From positions 1 to 45,536 of the forward strand of contig CAYYMY010000003.1 of the NCBI GenBank assembly GCA_964473095.1: 45,536 bases of DNA. Direction: 5' to 3'. Shown here piece after piece: positions 21,430 through 29,065 of this stretch. The translations under genes were made by a program, and so were the position numbers. The stretch is from an uncultured Oscillospiraceae bacterium (GTDB lineage: Bacteria; Bacillota; Clostridia; Peptostreptococcales; Anaerovoracaceae). How positions within the stretch are numbered: the first letter of the stretch is position 1; each line of letters starts with the position of its first letter. Below the pieces are notes generated by a model. The model ran no database searches. It saw only the letters and a program-made list of their open reading frames with translations, and was not told the DNA's origin.

Positions 21430-21533
21430 TTTTCTCCTTTAAAAACACCCGGACATCTCTGCCTTATGAAACTGCCCGGGTATAGTCACAAATCTTATTA
21501 TCTTCAACTAAAACATATTATATTTTTATCACA

Positions 21534-21992
21534 TCAGTTATATGCCTTTTCCTTGAGTACTTCCCCGAATCCATCTTCAGGCATATCATCTTCTGTAATA
21601 TATACTTTCTCTTCGGAATCCGGATATGTCATTCCCAAATCTTCTATCGCTCTGCTTTCAATATAGTTGATGTTGTTGGTGCTGTAAAGCTTTGCCTGAA
21701 GATTTTCTATTTCCCCCGTTAAAGCATTGTTTTCCTTTATAACAGTATTTATATCATATCTGATATTGGCTGCATATGCCGTAACTATTATCAGCATAAT
21801 CATGATTATCCCTGTCGCAAGAACAGCGGAAAAGGCTATTTTTTTACCGTTTCCGAAAGGAACAGCCACTTTCTTTACATGTCTTTTCCTGTGTTTTCTC
21901 GGTTCAGGCTTCGGCTCCAGCCTCGGCTTCATATCAAAGCCGTATTTCTGATAATTTTTCTGATATTCATACCATCTTTCCGCGTCTATCAT
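21534..21992 (-). CDS. ftsL: FtsL-like bitopic coiled-coil division protein
   Basis: Single TM followed by a coiled coil and IESRAIEDLGMTYP; canonical position between rsmH and the PBP. Confidence 0.75.
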   Translation of the reverse strand: MIDAERWYEYQKNYQKYGFDMKPRLEPKPEPRKHRKRHVKKVAVPFGNGKKIAFSAVLATGIIMIMLIIVTAYAANIRYDINTVIKENNALTGEIENLQAKLYSTNNINYIESRAIEDLGMTYPDSEEKVYITEDDMPEDGFGEVLKEKAYN

Positions 21993-21995
21993 CGT

Positions 21996-22934
21996 CTACC
22001 TCTTTTTTTCTATGGCTCTGAGCTTGGCGCTTCTCGATCTCGGGTTGCGTTCAAGTTCTTCCTTATCCGAAATAACAGGCTTTCCTGTAACTTTAACTAC
22101 ATCTGTTTTTTTCCCGCATACGCATACAGGGAACTCTTTCGGACATGTGCACGGATTAAGTCTCCTTTCAAATGCCTCCTTGACGATTCTATCTTCCAGC
22201 GAATGGAAGGTTATTATACACAGCCTTCCTCCCGGAAGAAGCACATCGCAAAATTCGTCAACAGCTTTTTTAAGCTGATCAAGTTCTCCGTTCACTTCTA
22301 TCCTTATCGCCTGAAATGTTCTCTTTGCCGGGTGCGGTCCGCTTCTCCTCGCCGAGGCCGGTATAGCGGCTTTTATCACATCTACCAGCTCCCCCGTGGT
22401 TTCTATCGGTTTTTCCTTTCTTCTTTTTACAATAAACTCACTAATCCTCGAAGCCCATCTTTCTTCCCCGTATTTACTTATAATATCGGATAGTTCTTTT
22501 CTGCTGTACTCATTCACCACATTTAAAGCGGAAAATCCGTCATCTCTATTCATTCTCATATCCAGAGGCGCATCATGCATGTAAGAGAATCCTCTTTCTT
22601 CGTTATCAAGCTGATAAGAAGAAACTCCTATGTCGAGCAAAGCGCCGTTCAGTCCACTGACACCTGTTTCTTTCAGTATCTCTTTTATATCCGCAAATTC
22701 ACCGTGCACCAGTCTGACTTTGCATTTAAGCGAAGAAAGCTTTTTCCCTGCCGCTGATATGGCTTCCGTGTCTCTGTCTATTCCTATCAGCATTCCATTT
22801 TCGCCAAGCCTGCTGCCTATTCCAAAAGCATGCCCGCCTCCGCCCAATGTCCCGTCCGCATATATGCCGTCTGGAATTATATTGAGATTATCTATACACT
22901 CTTCAAAAAGTACAGGTGTATGATTAAAATCCAT
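21996..22934 (-). CDS. rsmH: 16S rRNA m4C1402 methyltransferase
   Basis: HTPVL, DGTLGGGGH, DIGVSSYQLD, PLDMRM, FQAIRIEVN, TFHSLEDR, NPRSRSAKLR. Start taken at MDFNH (22934). Confidence 0.96.
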   Translation of the reverse strand: MDFNHTPVLFEECIDNLNIIPDGIYADGTLGGGGHAFGIGSRLGENGMLIGIDRDTEAISAAGKKLSSLKCKVRLVHGEFADIKEILKETGVSGLNGALLDIGVSSYQLDNEERGFSYMHDAPLDMRMNRDDGFSALNVVNEYSRKELSDIISKYGEERWASRISEFIVKRRKEKPIETTGELVDVIKAAIPASARRSGPHPAKRTFQAIRIEVNGELDQLKKAVDEFCDVLLPGGRLCIITFHSLEDRIVKEAFERRLNPCTCPKEFPVCVCGKKTDVVKVTGKPVISDKEELERNPRSRSAKLRAIEKKR

Positions 22935-23367
22935 ATTGCTCCATACCTTCCGCGATTTCACTGGCGTTCATCAGCTCACCGGTCTCCTCATCCAGCTGTT
23001 TCTGCCACTCCTCTTTGCTCCACACTTCTATCGTGCGGTTGCTCCCTATAGTAATAAGGTCCTTTTCTATACCCGCGTAATTCACAAGATCCTGCGGAAG
23101 CTTGAGTCTTCCCTGCTTGTCCACATCACATTCCGCTGCTGAAGAAAGGAAATGACGCTTAAGTCTTCGGGCATCCGGATTTGAGTCCGGCAGCAGTTCA
23201 AGTTTTTCGGCAACAAATTTTTCCCACTGTCCAAAGGGATATATGGTCAGGCATTTATCAAGGGATTTTGCAACGATGCATCTGCATCCCAGCTCGTCCC
23301 TGAATTTTGCAGGCACTATAAGTCTGAGCTTGCTGTCTGTTGAATTGTAATATTTGCCTACAAACAT
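22924..23367 (-). CDS. mraZ: Transcriptional regulator MraZ
   Basis: MFVGKYYNSTDSKLRLIVPAKFR, second repeat DKQGRL, IEVWSKEEW; first gene of the dcw cluster. Confidence 0.95.
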   Translation of the reverse strand: MFVGKYYNSTDSKLRLIVPAKFRDELGCRCIVAKSLDKCLTIYPFGQWEKFVAEKLELLPDSNPDARRLKRHFLSSAAECDVDKQGRLKLPQDLVNYAGIEKDLITIGSNRTIEVWSKEEWQKQLDEETGELMNASEIAEGMEQYGF

Positions 23368-23387
23368 ATAAAACCTCCCATTATTAT

Positions 23388-23438
23388 TTTACTCCATTTT
23401 AAACCACTTTAAACCATTTATCAACATTTTTACTCCAC
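23388..23438 (-). promoter_or_regulatory. MraZ-binding direct repeats (about 10 bp period, 5 units)
   Basis: Minus strand GTGGAGTAAA-a-ATGTTGATAA-ATGGTTTAAA-GTGGTTTAAA-ATGGAGTAAA just upstream of the mraZ RBS; matches the GTGG(A/T)G-type repeats known for MraZ autoregulation. Confidence 0.75.
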
Positions 23439-23505
23439 AACTGCACATATTTATGTAAAAAAATTTTTTTTAAAATGAAATGAATTTGATGTGCTTTTAT
23501 TCAAA

Positions 23506-23521
23506 GCTCTATATATAGTGT
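23506..23521. promoter_or_regulatory. NrdR-box-like palindrome
   Basis: GCTCTATATATAGTGT matches 14/16 of acaCwAtATaTwGtgt; a weaker copy lies at 23536-23551. Confidence 0.4.
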
Positions 23522-23563
23522 TTAAAATCATATTACACCGACATATTGTAATGTTTTTTGTAC

Positions 23564-23605
23564 AAAAAAAGACTGCAAAATTGAAATCAGCCTAATCCTG
23601 CAGTC
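23564..23605 (-). terminator. Intrinsic terminator upstream of the dcw promoter region
   Basis: Minus strand GACTGCAGGATT...AATTTTGCAGTC stem (with GU pairs) followed by T7. Confidence 0.7.
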
Positions 23606-23656
23606 CTGTTGCCAGACCTCTAATCAGATACGCTGTCAGCGTATCTGTATAACAAC

Positions 23657-23689
23657 AAAAAGAACCGCATCATCCTGATACGGTTCTTT
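23657..23689 (-). terminator. Intrinsic terminator of the hotdog lyase gene
   Basis: Minus strand AAAGAACCGTATCA-gga-TGATGCGGTTCTTT followed by TT, about 27 bp after the stop. Confidence 0.75.
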
Positions 23690-23716
23690 GATATTCTATT
23701 TATAATCCCATGAGAC

Positions 23717-24229
23717 TTATGCGAAAGCCTTTGCTCCAGCTGCCTTAGCATCTGCCGCAAACTTAGGGTCGCCGAATTCAGGTCTCTGAAGTTCCTTAGC
23801 AACCATAAGAGTACCGGTACCGTAAGCGCAGAGTTCAGGAGGATTAACCATTTCAGCTCCCGATCCGTTGATTACATTGCCGTTTTCGTCTTTTGAATCC
23901 TTCATCCACTTATAAGCGAAGAATTTGCAAGTAAAGGAAGTGTTACCAACCTTTTCGATGTATCCACCGTATTCCATCCAGTCACCTGCATATACAGGAG
24001 CAGTGTATCTAACTTCTGAATATCCAACGAATAATGATTCGTCACCAAACAGTCTGATAGCTAATTCAGTACCAACATCTCCCCATGCAGTTACAATGTG
24101 AGCACCTTCTACCAATTCTCCGGCGTAGTGAGCATCTCCCGCAGACATTCTTGCCTTCAGATTAACGTATTCACCGATGATCTTAGGATTATTTTCTCTT
24201 TCCATAATACAATCTAAAGGTGTTTTCAT
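23717..24229 (-). CDS. Hotdog-fold aminoacyl-CoA lyase, beta-alanyl-CoA:ammonia lyase (Acl)/3-aminobutyryl-CoA ammonia lyase (Kal) family
   Basis: MSAGDAHYAGELVEGAHIVTAWGDVGTEL...GDESLFVGY...TAPVYAGDWMEYGGYIEKVGNTSFTCKF matches the DAHYxGxLVxGA / GDVxTEL / APVYxGD / KVGNxS family pattern. WGDVGTEL, MEY and TCKF recall Acl more than Kal (recognised from memory, no search). RBS AGGGAGG. Confidence 0.8.
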   Translation of the reverse strand: MKTPLDCIMERENNPKIIGEYVNLKARMSAGDAHYAGELVEGAHIVTAWGDVGTELAIRLFGDESLFVGYSEVRYTAPVYAGDWMEYGGYIEKVGNTSFTCKFFAYKWMKDSKDENGNVINGSGAEMVNPPELCAYGTGTLMVAKELQRPEFGDPKFAADAKAAGAKAFA

Positions 24230-24292
24230 ATTCTTAGCCCTCCCTTAAACTATTGACTACTAAATATTACTTTGAAGATATTTTGTAAGCTC

Positions 24293-24321
24293 AGTATACT
24301 ATTCCAAACCTTTCTCGTCAA
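24293..24321 (-). promoter_or_regulatory. sigmaA promoter of the hotdog lyase gene
   Basis: Minus strand TTGACG (24316-24321), 17 bp, TATACT (24293-24298). Confidence 0.7.
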
Positions 24322-24521
24322 TGGCATTGTGAAACTTTTATCGGAATTTATTTTTTCTCATTTTTCTGACTTTAATATTGCTCTCAAATCACCGACAAAC
24401 CGATTAAAAAGTACGATTACCTTTAATTTATTGCGTTACAAGATTTTAATAGAGCGCATTTTGTCGCATTTTTGTTACCTACAGTTGTTCCTTTTGATAT
24501 AATATTGTCGAGGTGAAAAAC

Positions 24522-24660
24522 ATGTATCTTAATATAACGCCGCGTGCAAATAACTAAAAATATCTATCAATAATACACGGTTACCGTGACGAAAACGGCA
24601 AAGTTAAGAAAAAGACCATATAATCTCTCGATTATCTCGACGAGTTGCAGAAAAAATATG
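24522..24660 (+). pseudogene. IS1634-family transposase N-terminal remnant with two in-frame stops
   Basis: Manual translation after RBS GAGGTG: MYLNITPRANN*KYLSIIHGYRDENGKVKKKTI*SLDYLDELQKKY, resembling the YLSIxxGYRDxxGKxxxKTIxxLGYLDELxKxY start of IS1634 transposases. Stops at 24555-24557 and 24621-24623. Not in the ORF track. Confidence 0.7.
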
Positions 24661-24715
24661 CGCATAGAAAAAGTCCAACCTCTCTCCTTAAAGCCAGTCT
24701 TTTGTCTACAATCTG

Positions 24716-24741
24716 AGGGACGGCACAATAAAGCCGTCCCT
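24716..24741. terminator. GC-rich hairpin right after the sigma54 activator stop
   Basis: AGGGACGGC-acaataaa-GCCGTCCCT perfect 9 bp stem; no U-tract on the minus strand. Confidence 0.5.
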
Positions 24742-24745
24742 GTTA

Positions 24746-26158
24746 TTATTTTTTCTGTTGTTGCAGTGTTTGTCTTCTGTATTCCGGTATATGTTCCATC
24801 ATGAGTCTGTATGCTTTGGACTGACTTATTCCAAGCATCTTTGCCGCTTTGATGCTGCTTCCGCATATTCTGTATGCGTCCGTTATCATCTTCCTTTCAA
24901 CAGATTTCAGCGCATCATTCAAATTATAATTTTTTTCAACATCAAAAGCTCCTCCTGAATCAATGCCTTTTTCACCGGTATTATCATGCTCCGCAGGGCG
25001 CTGGTCTTTAAGTTCGAACATATATTTGGGCAGATCGTTTATGCTTATATTTTTTTCTTTTGACAACACCACTGTTTTTTCCATTATATTGGAAAGTTCT
25101 CTCAGGTTGCCGGGCCATGAATATTTCTCCATCATATCGTAAACGCCTTTTGATATCGTATGTTCTTTATTGTATTTTTTATTGAACAGCTCAAGATAGT
25201 AATCCATAAATCCTGATATATCCTCTTTTCTTTCACGAAGAGGAGGTACTTTAAGCTCAAAAGTATTCAAGCGAAAATAGAGATCTGCTCTAAAACTATT
25301 GCTTTCCACCATTTGCTTCAAATCTCTGTTGGAAGCTGTTATGATACGGACATCTACTTCCTGCTCTTTTTCACCTCCTACCGGTATGAATTTTTTATAT
25401 TGTATAAAATAGAGAAGTTTAGCCTGTAGATCATAATCTATCTCAGATATCTCATCCATAAACAGGATACCGCCGTCGGCAATTTCCACCATGCCTTTTT
25501 TACCATTCATATTAGCGCCGGAAAAAGCCCCTTTTTTATAACCAAACAATTCAGACTCCATGATATTCGGATTTATACACGCACAGTTTATCGTGACCAA
25601 CGGGCGGTCACTCCTGTTGCCAACGCTGTGTATATAGTTAGCTAGGACATTCTTGCCCGTTCCCGTCTCCCCTGATATGAAACACGGAGAATCTATATCC
25701 TTTATCTTATCTATCATCTCAAGATTTCGCCGCATTTTCCAGTCATTCCCGAAATATGGCTTATCTACATCCTTTGAATCAGATTCTATCTGTATAGGCT
25801 TTGTCTCTATCAGGTTCATCCTATTTATCTGATACATATCGTTGACGTTTTGCGCTACATATTCTATTCCCCCCTTATCGTCTAAAATCGGAGTTGATAT
25901 AGTTATTATGTCATGCCCCAGATTCGTTATCTGACGCCTTACGACCATTTTTTTTGTCCTGTACACTTCAGGAAGGGTGGAATTTCCCCAGTAATGATCG
26001 TCAAGATCTTCAAATTTTTTACCTATAAGCTCCTCCGCTTTAACTCCATAATGTCTTTCCGCAGCTTTATTGACATAAATCATATTATAATCATCATCAA
26101 ATACCATTATTTCATCGTGAAGATTATCTACAATATTTTTGAAATCCTTATAGTCCAT
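24746..26158 (-). CDS. sigma54-dependent enhancer-binding protein (PAS, AAA+, Fis HTH)
   Basis: N-terminal PAS (YVNKAAERHYG...LIGK), Walker A GETGTGK, ESELFGYKKGAFSGA, Walker B LFMDEI, FRADLYFRLN, WPGNLREL, HTH KAAKMLGISQSKAYR. Confidence 0.95.
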   Translation of the reverse strand: MDYKDFKNIVDNLHDEIMVFDDDYNMIYVNKAAERHYGVKAEELIGKKFEDLDDHYWGNSTLPEVYRTKKMVVRRQITNLGHDIITISTPILDDKGGIEYVAQNVNDMYQINRMNLIETKPIQIESDSKDVDKPYFGNDWKMRRNLEMIDKIKDIDSPCFISGETGTGKNVLANYIHSVGNRSDRPLVTINCACINPNIMESELFGYKKGAFSGANMNGKKGMVEIADGGILFMDEISEIDYDLQAKLLYFIQYKKFIPVGGEKEQEVDVRIITASNRDLKQMVESNSFRADLYFRLNTFELKVPPLRERKEDISGFMDYYLELFNKKYNKEHTISKGVYDMMEKYSWPGNLRELSNIMEKTVVLSKEKNISINDLPKYMFELKDQRPAEHDNTGEKGIDSGGAFDVEKNYNLNDALKSVERKMITDAYRICGSSIKAAKMLGISQSKAYRLMMEHIPEYRRQTLQQQKK

Positions 26159-26199
26159 ACAGTACCCTCAAAATAAATAAGCTCCTATATTTGTTGCTA

Positions 26200-26230
26200 A
26201 TTATAACATGGTCACATGACTGTGTGTCAA
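26200..26230 (-). promoter_or_regulatory. Probable sigmaA promoter of the activator gene
   Basis: Extended -10 TGtTATAAT (26200-26208); TTGACA at 26225-26230 overlaps the BCCT stop, with a long 19 bp spacer. Confidence 0.45.
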
Positions 26231-27828
26231 ATTTTACTTTCACCTTCGTTTATACCTTCCTGTATCTCTCCTGCTTTTATAATCTCATCCTTAGTCATTT
26301 TTCCGTAATCTTTGAACATCTCCCGCATAAATCCCCAATAAATTATTGCCAGCACCACTACAAGAGGCAGCCCTGTTGCCAATACTATAGATTTTATCGT
26401 ATCTATATCTGTTCCCGCATATGATATTGCCAACGGTATTGCTATAGTAACAAGACACCATACGAATTTCAGTCCTTTGTTGGGGTCTTCATTTCCTTTA
26501 AGATTCTTAGATATTGTCGAGGACAATGTGAATGAGCACGAGTCAAGCGTTGTTGCCAAGAATAAAATAATAACTACTAAATAGAGCACTATGGCTATCT
26601 TTGAAAACGGCAGAGTATTCATTACTGCAGATGCAATTTCTTCCGATTCTCCATTGGTTATCATTGCGGGTATATCCAAAATACCGTTTATCTTAAGGTT
26701 TTGCCCATATGCTCCTATTATTCCGAAGAAAAGGAATAGTCCTGCAGTTCCTGAAACAAGCATGTTCAGAATTATATCCCTTATCTTTCTTCCTTCAGAT
26801 ATCTTAGCCACGAACAATCCCGTAAACGGGCCGAATACAAACCAGTACACAAGGTAAAATACTGTCCAGTCCTGCGGATATCCGCTCTGCGCAATAGGGT
26901 CAGTATAAGTAGTCATACGGAAGAATTCACTCCCCAGAACGCCCATTGAATTTACGAGCGAATCCAGTATAAACCTTGTCGGTCCGGCAACGAGCATAAA
27001 CAGAAGCAATGCCGCGCAAAAATATACATTCCAGTCGCTTATTTTACGCATTCCTTTTTCTATCCCCACAATATTGGACAGAGAATACAATACGGCAACA
27101 CCGAGAAGAACTATTATAGTCAATGTGAACGAATTTTGTATTCCCAGCAGATCTGCTATCGCAGCCGAAATCGTGCTGCCGGAAGTACCCGCCGTTATAC
27201 ATATGGAGCCTACCGCTGCAAATATAAAAATAAAATCTATTATTTTCCCAACCCAGCTTTTTACTCTCTTTTCTCCAACGGCATATTTACATAAAGCGCT
27301 AAATTTCAATTCACTGTCTTTCTTCACATAATAATGATACGCAAAAGGAAGAACAAAAACACACAGAAGAGCCCATGCCGCAGGTCCCCAGTCATACATG
27401 GAATACGCTAGAGACAATTCGTAATTATATGCCTCTGATACTGCGGCTCCTTCAAGCTGAATTCCTGCATTGAAATGATTTCCCCATTCCAGGAACGCCC
27501 AATATACAGTACCGGCGCCCAACCCTGTAAAAAACATCATCGATACCCAGCTCAACGTTCTGTACTTCGGTTTTTTGTTTCCAAGCCGTATATTTCCGTA
27601 TTTTGATACTCCAAGGATTATAAGAAATACAAGGATTATCACAGTGATAAACTGCATTGTAGAGCCGAAAGTATGCGTAAGCATATTAAGCAGATTTCCT
27701 GCTATCTCTTTGCCTTTGTCCGGCCATACAGTTAATCCTACGACCATCAAAGCTACGATAAAAACACTGACAATCATCAGTCCTACTTCATATTTTTCAG
27801 TTAATTTCGTTTTCTGCCTGTTCTCCAC
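26227..27828 (-). CDS. BCCT family (betaine/carnitine/choline) transporter
   Basis: About 12 TMs; SKYGNIRLG, SWVSMMFFTGLGAG, GIEKGMRKIS, WTVFY...FVAKISEGR, FLATTLDS. Confidence 0.93.
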   Translation of the reverse strand: MENRQKTKLTEKYEVGLMIVSVFIVALMVVGLTVWPDKGKEIAGNLLNMLTHTFGSTMQFITVIILVFLIILGVSKYGNIRLGNKKPKYRTLSWVSMMFFTGLGAGTVYWAFLEWGNHFNAGIQLEGAAVSEAYNYELSLAYSMYDWGPAAWALLCVFVLPFAYHYYVKKDSELKFSALCKYAVGEKRVKSWVGKIIDFIFIFAAVGSICITAGTSGSTISAAIADLLGIQNSFTLTIIVLLGVAVLYSLSNIVGIEKGMRKISDWNVYFCAALLLFMLVAGPTRFILDSLVNSMGVLGSEFFRMTTYTDPIAQSGYPQDWTVFYLVYWFVFGPFTGLFVAKISEGRKIRDIILNMLVSGTAGLFLFFGIIGAYGQNLKINGILDIPAMITNGESEEIASAVMNTLPFSKIAIVLYLVVIILFLATTLDSCSFTLSSTISKNLKGNEDPNKGLKFVWCLVTIAIPLAISYAGTDIDTIKSIVLATGLPLVVVLAIIYWGFMREMFKDYGKMTKDEIIKAGEIQEGINEGESKI

Positions 27829-27873
27829 GATACTACCTCCAGATTTTATTCCATATATGCTGAATTATTTAAA

Positions 27874-29055
27874 TCATATTATCCCTTCAACTCTCAGTGA
27901 TTCTATTTTATTTTTTTCATATCCTAGCTTCGTCATTATTTCTTCCGTATTTTCTCCAAGAAGAGGTGATGCAATATCCGTAGAAGGGCTTGCTTCTGAG
28001 AGCTTTATCGGATTTCCCACTAGCTTTATATCACCAAGCACGGGATCATCCACTGTTATCACCATATCCCTTGCTATCAGATGTTCATCACTTAGAGCTT
28101 CTTCTATCCCCATAACATGAGATGCTGCTATCCCTGCATCGTTCAGCCTTTTTTCCGCTTCATACATGCTGATATTTTTAAATCTTTTTTCTATTTCATA
28201 CGCCAGATCATCTGCATTCTCAAGCCGCATATCCTTTGAAGAAAATCGCTCATCCCCTTTAAGCTCCTCCATTTCCAAAACACTGCAGAAGTCTTCCCAT
28301 TGCTTACTATCTTTAACTGATACGGCAATGTATCCGTCCTCTGTTTTATAAACATCTCCCGGCGCGTAATACAAGCTTCTGTTTCCCCGTCTTCCGATAC
28401 ATTTGCCTTTATTTAAATATTCCATGATAGGATATTCCAGCGTCGTTATAAGAGAACCCAACATAGTCGCATCCACCTTTTGTCCCTCCCCTGTTTTTAA
28501 ACGATGATAATACGCAGTCAATATCCCCATAAGAAGTATGAGTCCTGAATAACTGTCCCCTATAGCCGGTCCGATTTTCGCCGGATCTTTATCTGCAAAT
28601 CCGTTTATATCCATTACGCCGCTCATGCTTTGAATAACATTGTCGTATGCCGCATAGGAAGAGAGTTCTCCTTTTACTCCAAACCCTGAAAGTTCTGCAT
28701 ATATGATGTCTTTTTTTACTTCCTTCATTTTTTCATATCCAATTCCGTATCTCTCCATCGTGCCTGCTTTAAAATTGGATATTACGATATCAGCATCTTT
28801 GAGCAGCTCAAATATGATATTTCTGCCTTCTTCACTCGCAATATTCAGTGTGAGACTTCTCTTTCCTCTGTTGAAAGATGCGTAATACCCGCTGTATCCA
28901 TTTTTGAAAGGTCCCCATGTCCTCGACTGATCTCCGCCTTCTACTCTTTCTATCTTTATTACTTCCGCGCCGTAATCAGCAAGATTCATAGAACAAAAAG
29001 GGCCTGAATAAGCATGTGTAAAATCTATAACTTTCACATCATCAAAAATTGCCAT
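27874..29055 (-). CDS. Family III (CaiB/BaiF) CoA-transferase, catalytic Asp present
   Basis: VIDFTHAYSGPFCSMNLADYGAEVIKIER, NRGKRSLTLN, ADIVISNFKAG, SGFG, PAIGDSYSG (Asp codon 28555-28557), SPLLGENT. Confidence 0.93.
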   Translation of the reverse strand: MAIFDDVKVIDFTHAYSGPFCSMNLADYGAEVIKIERVEGGDQSRTWGPFKNGYSGYYASFNRGKRSLTLNIASEEGRNIIFELLKDADIVISNFKAGTMERYGIGYEKMKEVKKDIIYAELSGFGVKGELSSYAAYDNVIQSMSGVMDINGFADKDPAKIGPAIGDSYSGLILLMGILTAYYHRLKTGEGQKVDATMLGSLITTLEYPIMEYLNKGKCIGRRGNRSLYYAPGDVYKTEDGYIAVSVKDSKQWEDFCSVLEMEELKGDERFSSKDMRLENADDLAYEIEKRFKNISMYEAEKRLNDAGIAASHVMGIEEALSDEHLIARDMVITVDDPVLGDIKLVGNPIKLSEASPSTDIASPLLGENTEEIMTKLGYEKNKIESLRVEGII

Positions 29056-29065
29056 GACGTTCCTC

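Noticed and set aside
23388-23438. Short tandem repeats as a possible CRISPR or iteron array
   Set aside because: Units are 10 bp with no spacers and no cas or rep genes; explained as MraZ boxes.
24327-24344. Rex-like site TTGTGAA-actt-TTATCGG next to the lyase -35
   Set aside because: Only one half-site matches; the second is too degenerate.
24567-24866. Track ORFs 24567-24866 (-) and 24586-24804 (+)
   Set aside because: No motifs; both overlap the activator 3' end and hairpin. The region is better explained by the interrupted IS1634 frame starting at 24522.
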